From Spironucleus salmonicida (Eukaryota): 64,000 nucleotides of DNA. The notes under the pieces were generated by a model, which was given only the letters and a program-made list of their open reading frames with translations, was not told the origin of the DNA and did no database searches. The translations under genes were made by a program, and so were the position numbers. The DNA lies in assembly GCF_000497125.1 (NCBI RefSeq), contig NC_090596.1:992001-1056000 (forward strand), read 5' to 3'. Every line of letters begins with the position of its first letter. Position 1 is the stretch's first letter. Of this stretch, positions 13,546 to 26,185 are shown piece by piece.

Positions 13546-14312
13546 CTTTTACACCCCAATTCGCCCGAATTCGCGATTTCCGGCTCGCGTTCTCGTCGTC
13601 GAAATTGAAATTTTCACTGCCTGCAAATGCGCCGCTTTTTGGGTCATTGCGAGATGCTGAGCGCCTCGTTCGCCTTCTAATGCGCGTCTCCAGAAAAGCT
13701 GTTTTTGCGCTTTAAATTGCGCAAAAATATGTCCTAAAAGGCGCAATTTCAGCCCCACTTCATTGCTCATTTCTGTGTTTTAACTGATATAAGCGTCCCG
13801 GGAGAGTCAAAATTTCCGCTCCAGAACGTCAAAATTTCTGAAAATCGCAGAATTTTGCCCCGCGACGCCCTGGACGCAGAAACGTTGTTTTGGACGTATT
13901 CCAGATATTGGATTATCGGCGTAAAGCCCGATTTCTGCGCAAACTGGCCTGTTACTTTCTTGAGCTGCTCGATTTGGCCTCTAAGGGTATGCGCTCGCAC
14001 AACTTTTGAAATTGAATTTGGTTTTCCACTCCTTTTTGTATACTTTAGTTTTTCAGTTTCTCGATTTCGGCCTAAAATTCATTTTTGGCGATGCGAATTT
14101 CTGCAGTTTGCAGTTTTGCGTCGCTGGCTTTCTAGGCCGAAAATTCGCTTTATTTTGTCGTTCAGTTTCTGCGTTAAAAGAATAGTGTTTTCGTGGTTCG
14201 GGTTGATATAAGGGTTAGTCGTGTTTTTCAGCTGTACGATAAGCGCTGATGCGGTGGTAATAGTGGGCTTAAGTGATAACTGGTTTAGTTGCAAATCAGA
14301 AAATTCTGGCAT
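13534..14312 (-). pseudogene. Disrupted coiled-coil-like gene (internal TGA and frameshift): pseudogene or assembly error
   Basis: ATG14312 frame hits TGA at 14079-14081, resumes in the same frame to TGA13767, then needs a frameshift to reach TGA13534 inside the last repeat unit. Confidence 0.5.
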
Positions 14313-14400
14313 TTTCCAAAAATATGTATTATAATATATAATAATGTTATAGAATTTTTGATAATACTTTATATACCAATAATAAATCTACATTTCTCGA

Positions 14401-15072
14401 ATGGACTATTCGCAAGAGTTGTAGAAGCTGTACCCTGAGCTAGAGATTTAGAATGGTATTCTATACATGACATATTTGATCAAAAATGGAGCATAACCAC
14501 CTAAAAGATTTATCTTTGACACTTCATTATTATCTAGTGAAAAAGTAGTATAGATGAATCTGCGAGCAGTTGTAAAGACTGTAGAATTAGTATTAAACTA
14601 GCAGCTAGAATAACTTAATGTTAAGGAGCCAGACTTCAATAAATTCTCATTTGCTGTTTTATAGACCGGTTCGTTTTTATAAACAAAAGACGAATAGATT
14701 TCAGCTTAGATATCCGAAAAACTAAATGAAGTAGCGAAAATAGAGTTCGCAGTTTAACAAAAATAAGTATTGAAGACAGTAGATTAGGAAAATCTTCTGC
14801 ACGAAGAAGAAAAAGTAGAAACATAAAAGTTAGTATAAAAGCCATCTAAAGATTACAATTAATGGGATAAAACTGATCTAATTAGTTACATTACCATGTT
14901 AGAGTCAACTAATTTAGAATTGAGCGAATAATTGAAATAAAAATCATAAGAGTCAGAAAATCATTAGAATAAATTAAATGCATTGTTAGAGGTTAGAAGA
15001 AGAGAAAACTTCGTCCCTGATATTACTAAAAAAGGTGAAGGAGAAAAAAGAAAATTTTTGTTTTGGCTCTGA
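14401..15072 (+). CDS. Hypothetical protein, 223 aa, C-terminal coiled coil
   Basis: Code-6 ORF MDYSQELQKL...KRKFLFWL, divergent from the 14312 gene across an 88-bp AT-rich gap. Confidence 0.8.
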
Positions 15073-15132
15073 ACATTATTTCCATTTATTATTTATATTC
15101 TATTTATATTCACTTAAAATAAAGTTGTTAAA

Positions 15133-15594
15133 ATGTAATAATAATTCTGTTCAACCAAAGATTTTTAAAAGTGTGTTTTTCCACACCAAGGCACCCAATA
15201 AAATATTTTCCCTGATTCTGATGACGATACTGTGTTAATTAAAAATATTTAGCCTGTGCAACTTGAAGACTACTTGATTTTATCATAATAAATGAAAATA
15301 ACACTAAAGTAACGAGTTTCAGTTCCACAACAGATATAAAATAAAGAATATAATAAAAATATGCTAAAATGCTCATTCTAACCTCGAATTTTTCACAACA
15401 ATCCCGAGAAGCTCTTAGACGCTAGGTATATAACCACTGGTACAATTTACGATGAAAATTCATATAAGAGGTACTTGAAACTGCAATTACAGGTTGAAAA
15501 GCAATAAAAAAATGCCATATATGAACAAGATTTCGAAAGCTGTTAATTCAAGAAACTAGCTAAGATCAAGCGGAAATTGATTAAGCATAAGTGA
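15133..15594 (+). CDS. Hypothetical protein, 153 aa
   Basis: Code-6 ORF ending AAG TGA (AGTGA motif). Confidence 0.65.
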
Positions 15595-15605
15595 TGTAAC
15601 TAATA

Positions 15606-15923
15606 TCATTCTTCTAAATCGTCGTAAAAGTCAATTTATGACATCAGACTTAAAATAGGCTAAAAACTCATCCGGCTGTCCTTCTAAAATTTCATTGAAG
15701 AAGATAACTGTCCAGAAAATAACTCCATAGACTTTATCGAGGCTGAAAGTGTCAGATTCGAATAAACTGGAGATAGCTCCACAAGGTCTAGGTGATCAAT
15801 AAGATCCTCGCTGAACAAGTTTATTTTTTCAGTTTATAAATGTGTAAGACCTGTTTTTCTCTTTTTCAGCATCATAACCGGTACTTCAGGTATTGATTTT
15901 ATCTGTTAACTACCACACCCCAT
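15606..15923 (-). CDS. Small protein, 105 aa, MGCGSQ start (possible myristoylation and palmitoylation)
   Basis: Code-6 ORF convergent with 15133-15594, 11-bp gap. Confidence 0.7.
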
Positions 15924-16824
15924 TTTATAAAAATAAAAGGGGATTATTATCTATATAATAAATAATTAAAATATGCGTTTACACAGTAAATGTAGATAAA
16001 TACATCAGATGTAATAAAAATATTCAGTAAAAATAATTGTGAATAACATGGATTATACCATTAATATAATACTTTTGAATAATTAAACGACTGTAGAGTT
16101 ATTTAGATAAAACTATCGATTATATTTTATGTCTCACTAATCAAAAATTTAGTATGTTTACGCTCAATATCTGAGAATAAATTACTACAGTTCTTATGCA
16201 AATGTATCCTTATCATCAAATGCGTAAATTTTATTATGTATAAAATTCACCAATTCTCTAATCCATTGATATGAAACTAACATACAAATAGGAATCTACA
16301 CTATCATTAATGAACAAATTAACGTAAAGAATGTAAGTTTTCTGAGGTTAAACTTACAATTATTATAGAAAACTAAACAAAAATTCGAGCATATTAATCT
16401 TTAATGGACAAATTTACTGTGTAATTTACCTGTGTCTTAAATTTATCAGGAAATTGGTAATAAATTTGTCAAATTAACTAAATTTCAAATTATATGATTA
16501 TTTTTCTTAAAAATTATTATAGAATAAACTGCATAGCTATAAGTTTACTAATCATTTACTAGATGAGAATTTTAAAATTTATTTCTAAAACACGACAGAT
16601 CGCATATTAACATACAATTAGTAAATTAGCTTACCTATATTTAATTACTTAACTAAGAAATATCAGCTTTTATTTCTAAATAACTAGTTAAATGATCTCC
16701 TTAAATAATTCTACCTAGCTGTTAAATAGAAATTTTTAATCGTTTAAAGACAATCTTTACCAATATTATATTAATTTACCAAACTTAACCCAAAATATCA
16801 TACTCAATCACTCAAGCACCGACA

Positions 16825-17397
16825 TCATATCTAAAAAACTGGCCTAATATCAGTAAGGGGATCAAACAGCTAGTCCTCGTCTTTAATTCTTGTGCCATAA
16901 TACATCCGTGCCTTACTGCACACTTTCAGCTGTGCCAGGACGTTTTCTGCTACATAATGACAATTGTTTCCGGATAGCGTGTAGTCGCCCTGGCGTTGGC
17001 TAATTGAAGCAAATTTCTAGGCCACATACTGTACATTGTACGATACAACGGGAACCTGGTAGGTTTCAGTGTAGAGCCATTTGAAGTTCCCGTAGCTCCA
17101 CGATGTTTTCCCGCGTTTATTCCACTCACCCGTGACATGATGCACCATTATGGGCTGTTTTTCGCAAAATTCAACGTAGTATGCTAATCCACGCGTTGTT
17201 TCCAAAATTAATCCTGTGTGCGATATGAGACACGTTTGAAACGGAATCGCCTAGATACGACGTGTGGTTTGCGTGATCTTAGTGACAAGGCCAGAACAGA
17301 ACTGATCTAGAGTGCAGAACTCTGCATTATTTTTGCTACCCTGCAGCTTTTGCTCCGACTACTAAATCAATTCTAAGATTGATTCAGGTTTATCCAT
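16825..17397 (-). CDS. Permuted papain-fold (PPPDE/DeSI or LRAT-like) putative thiol peptidase, 190 aa
   Basis: SHTGLILET...YYVEF followed about 70 aa later by GDYTLSGNNCHYVA. His-before-Cys order and YxLxxNNC motif are typical of permuted NlpC/P60 enzymes. Confidence 0.65.
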
Positions 17398-17414
17398 TTT
17401 ATATATATCATTAT

Positions 17415-17445
<31 letters not shown>

Positions 17446-17572
17446 AAATAAATTATTATTCAATTGCAACTTGAGAATAATTTTATAATAATTATAGATG
17501 AGCAATTTAGAATTAATAGCTTTTGCTTCTTTACTAATCTCTACAAAACTATCAGGATGATTTCTAATTCTT

Positions 17573-17767
17573 TCACTACAAATATCCAATTGTTCCGCGT
17601 GTTCGGCAACCCTAGTATGATTCCTTTTTGTAGGACCTGATCTCTGCGTGCTTCTCAGCTATCAGGTCCATAAGGCTGAAACTCCTTTGCTGCTGTTACT
17701 TGACTGCTTTTGTTTCGCTTTTTTGAGATGGAAAATCGAATGTCCGTAATATTAGTTAGGCGGTCAT
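17573..17767 (-). CDS. Possible small hypothetical protein, 64 aa
   Basis: Code-6 ORF with a pyrimidine-rich motif upstream and a TAG TGA end. Frame choice is uncertain. Confidence 0.3.
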
Positions 17768-18127
17768 TTCTGAAGAGAGTGAATTACTTTATTTACCTAT
17801 AAAATATAAGTTTGGCTAGTTTCTGAAATAGGATACAGGTTTACAATACATTGTGATTTATATATACAAATATTAATGTCTCGATATACAGGTTAAACCT
17901 CCCTTTTAAATAATTAATTCTTATATATAAAATTAGTTTTTAGTTTTACATGTATTTTTATATAATGATATAATAATCTAATTTTACTCTTTTAAAATTC
18001 ACCGTAGAATTTTATTCATATTATACCTTATATATACTTAATAGAACTTTTCCATCCATATATTATAATTCATATAATTATTATATATTTTAATACAAAA
18101 TATTCTTTCAAATCCACAGCGCAGTTC

Positions 18128-18901
18128 TCACGTGACCTTCTTCCCCACCTCCCTCTCCCTCTCCCTCCCACTAACACTCTCCCTCCCACTAACACTCCCA
18201 CTCCCACTAACCTCCACATTTGTCGTGGAGCTCGCAATGCGGTTCTCGCTGAGCTGGAGCGAGTAGATGATCTTGAGCGAGTGGGGCCCCAGGACGCTCG
18301 GATCCGCGTAGATCTCCTCGACTTTGCGCTGCGTGCAGTCGCGCAGCGCGCGCCGGTGGGCGTCGATGAGCTCCAAAAGCGCCGTTTTGTAGGCCGCGAA
18401 GGCCGCGAAAATGCGCGTCCGCGCCGCCGCCAGCAGCTCGTCCGCGCGCAGTTCGTACGTCTTGGCCGTCAGGAACAGCGCCGCGAGCCGCGCCCGCGCC
18501 GTGAAAAGGCGGTCCTGCAGCGCGATCGAGAGCTCCTGGAACTGGAAAAGGCCGCCGCTCGAACGGGTCAGTTCGGGCAGCTCAGCGTAGTTCTCGACGG
18601 TTTTGAGACTCGCAATTTCAGAATTTAATTGGTCGCGGACGGACTCGAACTGTCGCTCGTAGATGGTTGTAAAATCACCGATTGATGCCACCTACCGGTC
18701 TACCAATTCCTTTAGTTAAGAAAAGGTAGTAGAAATGGTCTTATGAGTATGTGGGGGGAAAGTGCGGCGTGCACGGATGGGGTGGCCTTGGAGATGTGCT
18801 ATATTGCATGAGGTCTTGATTAAGGTTATTTGGAGTTCTTTGAGCGCCTGGGCGCGTTTTGGAAAGTTTTAGACGAGCTGGATTAATTGCTTTGCCTCCA
18901 T
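18128..18901 (-). CDS. Hypothetical helical protein, 257 aa, low-complexity C-terminus
   Basis: Track ORF 18128-18691 extends through TAA/TAG to ATG18901. C-terminal SVSGRE repeats. Confidence 0.8.
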
Positions 18902-18934
18902 TGTAAGGGTTGGGTACGGCTTCGTAGGAAAATG

Positions 18935-19005
18935 TGCCGAAACCGAGAATTGAACTCAGACCAGTCGGACCACAACCGACTGTACTACCATTATACTATT
19001 TCAGC
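18935..19005 (-). tRNA. tRNA-His (GUG)
   Basis: Cloverleaf: acceptor GCTGAAA/TTTCGGC plus A73, anticodon arm GTCGG-TTGTGGT-CCGAC, T arm CTGAG-TTCAATT-CTCGG, followed by TTTT. Confidence 0.93.
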
Positions 19006-19389
19006 TTGTTAAAAACAAGCATGTTTAAATATACTAGAAAAGTAGTGTTAATGATAAGTTGAGAATTACGTAATTTAATATAGTTATTCTGTTTAAGTGT
19101 TTTCAAAGTATTCAATTTATATATATTTTTCATCTGAAATAAGGGAAAATATAGTTTAATCATTACAATACTAATTAAATTCGAAGTTGAGTGTTAGTAT
19201 AATTTATATTTGCAAAATACCATTTCTAAGGTTAGTTAAATTAGAAACTACATCTATATAGTATAACTAGTAGTTAAATATTATATAAATTATACTTTAT
19301 TTAATCACTCTACAATATTGTTTTTATTGTTGTTTATTTTTGTTTTATAGTAATTATAACGATATTTCTATCCTTGATAAAACTGAAAT

Positions 19390-19776
19390 ATGTCTGAAGA
19401 TAAATTTATTCGCCATGTAACAAGAGTTTTAAAGAAACAAGCCAGATGTGAGTAATATTAACTACCTGAATAGTTAGTATAGGCAATCAATTCTTTGCCT
19501 TCCGATGAAAGGTTAATTCTATTTTCTCAACTTAAGCAGAAATTTAAAAGTCCTGAGTCAAAAATAATGAATTATTCATTTTAACTGAAATACAGTAGTG
19601 ATATTTAGAATAAATCAAAAATTCGTGAAGCTGTATAGAGTCTTTACTTGAAAAAGAAGTCAGTAGACGAAATAAAAATAATTATTTGGAATGAATTTGG
19701 TCAACCAAATATATTTAAAGGAATTTTGAACAAATTTATCTGGAATGTAATCTAAACGTTAGAGAGTGTCTAGTGA
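19390..19776 (+). CDS. Hypothetical protein, 128 aa
   Basis: Code-6 ORF MSEDKFIRHV...TLESVQ ending TAG TGA, convergent with OST48. Confidence 0.7.
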
Positions 19777-19788
19777 GCATAAATAATA

Positions 19789-21132
19789 TCATTCTTGCTT
19801 GTCATCTTCACCTTAAAGGATGAGACCAGCAATAATTGCTAAAACAGCATTTAAAAATAAGCAGATACTCCAAACACTATTAAATATATCAAATTTTCTA
19901 GTTTCAACTCTATCAACATGAGCATGGACTCTTTAAACTAAATTAACTCTATTAAATCCATCGATATCAAGATCAACTGACACTGAGTAAGAGCGAGAAA
20001 AATCAGGGACCATTAGTGCATAAAGTGTTCCGTTTTAAATTTAAACAAAATTAACAGCAAATTAAGATTAAATAAATAATTCTTCTGCCTATAAATGTAC
20101 ATACTTATATGACTAATTTAACACTTAACGTATACAAAAATCATAATTATTTTTGAAACTTGAAATTTATTTTTTCATAACAGATGTATGATTTGAATTA
20201 TTAAGAGTCAAAAACCCTAAAGTTTAAACCATTTAATCAAATGAATCATATGCTTCAAATATTTTAGCTCTCCAGACTTTCCCCTATAGTTCTTAAACAT
20301 TAAGTTTAATGAGAACTAAATTACCCTCTCTTACTTTGTTGTTAGAAGGAATAGACAAATCTAAACGTTTAATACAAGCTTGAGTACTTAAAGACTCATG
20401 TGACCAATCTAAAACTCTTACAAGATTTTTACGCATAGAAAACCAAGATATAATATCATAAGTAAATGGTATATTTTAATTAGCGTTAATAAAAATCTCC
20501 GAGGTACCAATATAAACAACTCTAGCATTATTTTAAATTCCCCTGAATGCTCCACACATTACTTAGTTTGATGATTCATAAATATTAAAAAGTTTTTAGT
20601 TAGGGTTCTTAAAATTTTAAGTTATTGTACGATAAGATGTAACTGGAGTAATATTATATTGCGTAATCACATTCTATGTAAAAATAGGAATGTTAGCTTA
20701 TAACTTGTTTTATTTTAAACCTAATTTATTTAACAAGAATTTAATTTCTGATGAAGAAGCAATAAGTAATGATGCACCTGGATAAGGTTCAAACTATTTA
20801 CCAAAAATTCCCTTCTTTTCAGTAAAAAATAAGGTCTCTTTTTCAAAATTAGAGGAACGAGAAAAATCAGGATCATCTTATCCATCAACAAAACGTGCTA
20901 TTTGTTCTTATTACTGTCTATTCAAATAAGAGGCATCTCCTAAAATAATAATATGGGAAAACTGTGGTGCACCTTCATTAAAAAATTATGGTAGGACTAC
21001 TCCTTCTAACATTTAGATTTTAGTGATATTCATTTCTGTTCCACTTAAAATTTAGCTAAAATCCTCAATGTCTTCCCCATTATGTAACAATAAAACCGAA
21101 TTAGGCAAATATGCTGACAAAGCAAATAACAT
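19789..21132 (-). CDS. WBP1: Oligosaccharyltransferase 48-kDa subunit (OST48/Wbp1/DDOST) homologue, 447 aa
   Basis: Continuous code-6 ORF, absent from the ORF track. Colinear motifs FSHIIILG, IARFVDG, GASLLIASS, GAFRGIQNNARVVYIGTSEIF, IISWFSMRKNLVRVLDWSH, NVQELQGKVW, VPDFSRSYSVSVDLDIDGF, then a C-terminal TM and EDDKQE. Recognised by recall of the family, not by a search. Confidence 0.8.
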
Positions 21133-21136
21133 ATTG

Positions 21137-21146
21137 AGGAGTGGGA
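21137..21146 (-). promoter_or_regulatory. C-rich upstream motif TCCCACTCCT, 4 nt before the OST48 ATG
   Basis: Shares the CCACTCCT core with the PheRS and RPL10A upstream regions. Confidence 0.55.
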
Positions 21147-21252
21147 TCAAATAGATACATTACTATTATATAATATACAATAAGAGAAAAATATCTCATA
21201 TTCTTTATACAAAGTATTAATTAATGCTCCAAATAAAATTAAACACTATCTA

Positions 21253-21600
21253 TCAGTCTTTAAGACGACCACAAAAATCGGATTTAAACTTTTTGATCCT
21301 ACTATTAACATTTTTTGTTTTAAAATCTTCGAATACCATACTCTCAAAATCATTCAGAGGAACTACTTTCCGTATTGTATTTTAATTACTTAAAATTGGA
21401 CGTATTGACTTTAATTTTTGCTCCTCTTATTCGAGAGTTTCTGAAGTAACCATATTCACTAATTTTGATTGCTTTGTTTATTAAAAATGTGTAGTTGATG
21501 ATTTTCTTAGTTTATTATTATATTACAAAGAGGAACAGAGTTACTTTGAAGATGGTTATGACTATGGACGTGTTGGAGAATGAAAACGTGGCTTGTACAT
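21253..21600 (-). CDS. Hypothetical protein, 115 aa
   Basis: Code-6 ORF MYKPRFHSPTRP...FCGRLKD. Confidence 0.6.
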
Positions 21601-22694
21601 TTTTAATTATTTGTAAAAAGGAAATTAATAGGAATTTATACTATAATATTATATTGTTTTTGTTTTATAGTAACTTAGTAAATCATATAATTTTTTAATA
21701 AGTTTCAGTTTAGCGCTAAGTATACACTTACAGTTTAAAAAACAAATTTAAAACTTCTTTAAGAAAATACGTAACATTTTAATGATTTTATTTTTATAGG
21801 ATGATGGATTTAGTTGGAAAAGTTAGTTTATGACATCTTAATTTTTACTATTTGTAAAATTTGTTTTTATACCTTTAATCTAAAATTAGTTATTGAAAAC
21901 AAAATTAAAACGACATTAAATGAGAAAATAGATTTATTTAACAATTTCATTAATAAAAGTTTACTAAATTATAACAGTTATAATATGATATTCCTTTAAT
22001 AGTAACATTTCGAAGTTATTGCAACTAACCAATAATAAATTATAATAATTAAAAATCATATATAGTTACTATATATTATGCTTTAACAAAGAAGATTGCG
22101 TTTCTGAAAAAGTTACTTATTCTAAGAATAAAGTACATCCTTTATTTGGAAATCTTTATATTTTAAATCCTTGTGGATTTATTTCTCTGGTACTCCATAT
22201 TAATAAGTAGTTAATTTATTAAAAAATATATCTTTTAATAATATAAAACTTAAGTATACATATACATAATTAAATTTTTATATTCGTTTTAAATTAACAT
22301 TAAAACATATGTATTTTATTATAGTAAATATCACTACGCTATTATTTTAATATATAACTATAAGTTACATAGGGTTTATCACCTCTTACTATAAAACAAA
22401 TATTCACAGTAATTGTTTGATATGTAGTTTGATCTTTTTAATTTAATAATTACTAATAGTGGTATATAAATTTTATCTCAATATATTATTATAATACTAT
22501 ATCCTAATTTATACATCTATTTTTCTTTTTGAACAGTGAATATTTAGTACTATCATATATATAAATGGTGTATAATCAAATAATCATGAAATAAATACAC
22601 GAGTATTAAAATTTAGATACACTGTAAAAAATAATTTAACTACTATCTAATTAAGCGTTAATATGCGTCACATGATTTAACTATCATTTTACAA

Positions 22695-24323
22695 ATGCAG
22701 CTGGTCGTGGCAACGCTGACGACGGAGTTCATCTACACGAAGTACCAGACCAACCTCACGAACTGCTACTCCACGCAGACCACCATACTCTACAACCGGA
22801 ACATCAACCGCATCGTGGTCACCCTCGCCTCCGAGAACAACACGCAGTGCGCCGTCTTCCCGCAGGGCGTCGAGGCGCAGCTGGCCTTCCAGAAGTCTGG
22901 TATCCCCATCCAGCGCATCCAGGTCGCGAACTTCTCCTACGCCAACACCACGGAGCTCGTGTTCGAGGGCGTCCCGGACATCGCCTCCGAGGAGTTCGTG
23001 GTGCTCAACGTGTACTCCTACGGCTACATCACGGAGCGCAGCATCTTCATCTTCCAGGAGCAGAAGTCCTCGCTCACGCAGTGCTTCGAGCCCTCCTCCA
23101 CCGTGAACATCCACGAGACCAAGCTCATCGTCACCATGCACTCCACCAAGCTCTGCACCAACCAGTTTGACACGATAACGGATGGGGCAACGCCGCCTGT
23201 AACTATCGGGGAGCTGACCTCGGCGACGCTGAACGTCCAGGGGTCTATCTTCAGCCTAGAAGTCAAAACCTTCCAAGACGATTACAAGAAAGGTGAGAAG
23301 CTGACCCTGGAAGTAACCCTCACCGGACCCCAATCCGAGCAGCTGCTGCTGATTGTCGCCCCCAACGCCACCGTGACCTTCGAGTCGCTCCAGGGCGGCG
23401 CGGTCGTCACGTTCGACCACAACATCGGCGAGGTCACCAGCACGGGGATCGTAGTTGGCGACGACACCTTCTGGAACCCCGCGCAGAAGCCGCAGCTGGG
23501 CCTGTTTTAGGGCATCTACATGCTCAGAATGTAGTATAGTCCGAACATTGCGAACCTCTAAACGGACATCGAAAAACTCAAATTCGACAACATTATGTAC
23601 AGAATCACAGGATTATCCCCAAATTCGAGGAATGCGTAATAAATTACTATACAGACGACAGTTTTCGACGAAAATCTCCGTTTCATCGCCTTTGCGTGCA
23701 ATCAAGGCCGCAAACTAGAAAGATAGCTTTGTATGGACTTCTACAACGTCGCCAGCACCCCAGGTATATCAACTTCGCTCTATCTCGATATTATCTTCCA
23801 GCTCGGATCGCAGTACGTCCACATCGAGAAATAGAACGTGGAGATTTAAGTCAAACAGATTTCTGCATCAGTCGTGAGCGTAGGGCATAAAGAAGCCTAC
23901 ATTTAGGTTATGTCAAAAAGCCACTTCCCGATTCCACCGAATTCGATGCTAAAGGTGAAATTCACCGTTTTGTAAAATTCGAATTCAGCTCCCTTTGAGG
24001 ATCCAGCTCTAACATTTGAAGTCAGTCAAGCTGTAAGCACTATTCTAGCTCCGATCCGTTTTGCCTGCAACGAAAAGTGCATGACGCTGATGAGTAGAGT
24101 CCAGAGCTACGACGACGCGTTTTACCAGCTGGAGCTTAGCTTGCTACCTGGGGTAATCTTTGGAGACCTCATTTTCGAGGACGACTACAGGGTAGTTTAG
24201 GGCGTTGTGATGGGCATTTCTCTACTGGTAATAGCCATCCTGATCGTAACCAGCATCATAGGGATCGTTTTGCTCATGAAGCAGATGAAGAAGCAGAGCA
24301 AGAGGAAGGCCAAGAAGCTGTGA
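22695..24323 (+). CDS. Type-I membrane protein family, copy 2, 542 aa
   Basis: Paralogue of 2881-4509, same length, C-terminal TM plus KRKAKKL. Confidence 0.9.
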
Positions 24324-24536
24324 TACTATTTTTTCAATAAATTTATTTTCATATATTTTAGGAAGGGTGTGAAATATTATTGATAGTTGATACACTTAAT
24401 TAATACATCTATATTAATGTAAAAACAAAAAACATATAATACGTCAAAAAATAACAATTAATTCCATTACTAAACATAAGATATATTTTTATTTATTAAT
24501 ATTATTCAAATAAAATACATCAAACCAAATTTATAA

Positions 24537-26165
24537 ATGCAGCTGGTCGTGGCAACGCTGACGACGGAGTTCATCTACACGAAGTACCAGACCAACCTCA
24601 CGAACTGCTACTCCACGCAGACCACCATACTCTACAACCGGAACATCAACCGCATCGTGGTCACCCTCGCCTCCGAGAACAACACGCAGTGCGCCGTCTT
24701 CCCGCAGGGCGTCGAGGCGCAGCTGGCCTTCCAGAAGTCTGGTATCCCCATCCAGCGCATCCAGGTCGCGAACTTCTCCTACGCCAACACCACGGAGCTC
24801 GTGTTCGAGGGCGTCCCGGACATCGCCTCCGAGGAGTTCGTGGTGCTCAACGTGTACTCCTACGGCTACATCACGGAGCGCAGCATCTTCATCTTCCAGG
24901 AGCAGAAGTCCTCGCTCACGCAGTGCTTCGAGCCCTCCTCCACCGTGAACATCCACGAGACCAAGCTCATCGTCACCATGCACTCCACCAAGCTCTGCAC
25001 CAACCAGTTTGACACGATAACGGATGGGGCAACGCCGCCTGTAACTATCGGGGAGCTGACCTCGGCGACGCTGAACGTCCAGGGGTCTATCTTCAGCCTA
25101 GAAGTCAAAACCTTCCAAGACGATTACAAGAAAGGTGAGAAGCTGACCCTGGAAGTAACCCTCACCGGACCCCAATCCGAGCAGCTGCTGCTGATTGTCG
25201 CCCCCAACGCCACCGTGACCTTCGAGTCGCTCCAGGGCGGCGCGGTCGTCACGTTCGACCACAACATCGGCGAGGTCACCAGCACGGGGTTCGTATCGGG
25301 AACCGACACCTTCTGGAACCCAGCGCAGAAGCCCCAGCTGGGCCTGTTTTAGGGCATCTACATGCTCAGAATGTAGTATAGTCCGAACATTGCGAACCTC
25401 TAAACGGACATCGAAAAACTCAAATTTGACAACATCATGTACCGGATTTCCGGAATAGCCCCAAATGCTAGTAATGCGCAGTAAGTAACGATCTCGACAA
25501 GCACTTTTGACAGAAATATTAGGTTTCTGTCGTTCACGTGCAACCAGGGTCGTGAGCTGGAGAGAAAACTCTGTCTGGACTTCTACGACATCGCAAACAC
25601 CCCAGATATATCAACGTCGATCTATCTTGATATTATCTTCCAGCTCGGATCGCAGTACGTCCACATCGAGAAGCAGAGTGTGGAGATTCAAAATAAGGAA
25701 GTCTCCGCGGTGGTGACCAGCTTAGGCTACAAGCAAGCCAAAATCCAGGTTTTTTCTACAGTCGCGTTTAATATTACACCTAATTCTGTTCTGAATATCA
25801 AGTTCACGGTTTTCTAGAACTCTGATCCCACTCCATTCGATGACACAAAGTTATCTTTCGAGGTTCAACAAAAGGTCAACACTCTCAGAGAGCCAATAGG
25901 CTTCCCCTGCGATGTGAAATGCATCATGCTCATTAAGCGTGTTTAGAGCAACCCGGAAGCGTTTTACGAACTGGAGCTTAGCCTGCTGCCTGGGGTAATC
26001 TTTGCAAATTTCATTTTCGAGGACGACTACAGGGTAGTTTAGGGCGTTGTGATGGGCATTTCTCTGCTGGTAATAGCCATCCTGGTCGTAACCAGCATCA
26101 TAGGGATCGTTTTGCTCATGAAGCAGATGAAGAAGCAGAGCAAGAGGAAGGCCAAGAAGCTCTGA
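24537..26165 (+). CDS. Type-I membrane protein family, copy 3, 542 aa
   Basis: Tandem to copy 2, same architecture. Confidence 0.9.
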
Positions 26166-26185
26166 GTGATCGGGTTCGTACGCTG

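Noticed and set aside
14079-14081. Selenocysteine or programmed frameshift at AAA-TGA
   Set aside because: No redox motif or recognisable SECIS, and further disruptions are present; decay or sequence error is simpler.
16129-16750. Possible gene or pseudogene in AT-rich DNA
   Set aside because: The ATG16129 frame stops after about 46 codons and has no recognisable homology.
17399-17445. (TA)n tract
   Set aside because: Ordinary short microsatellite in an AT-rich promoter region.
19777-19980. Plus-strand coding-like continuation after the 19390 gene
   Set aside because: It is the antisense shadow of the OST48 C-terminus.
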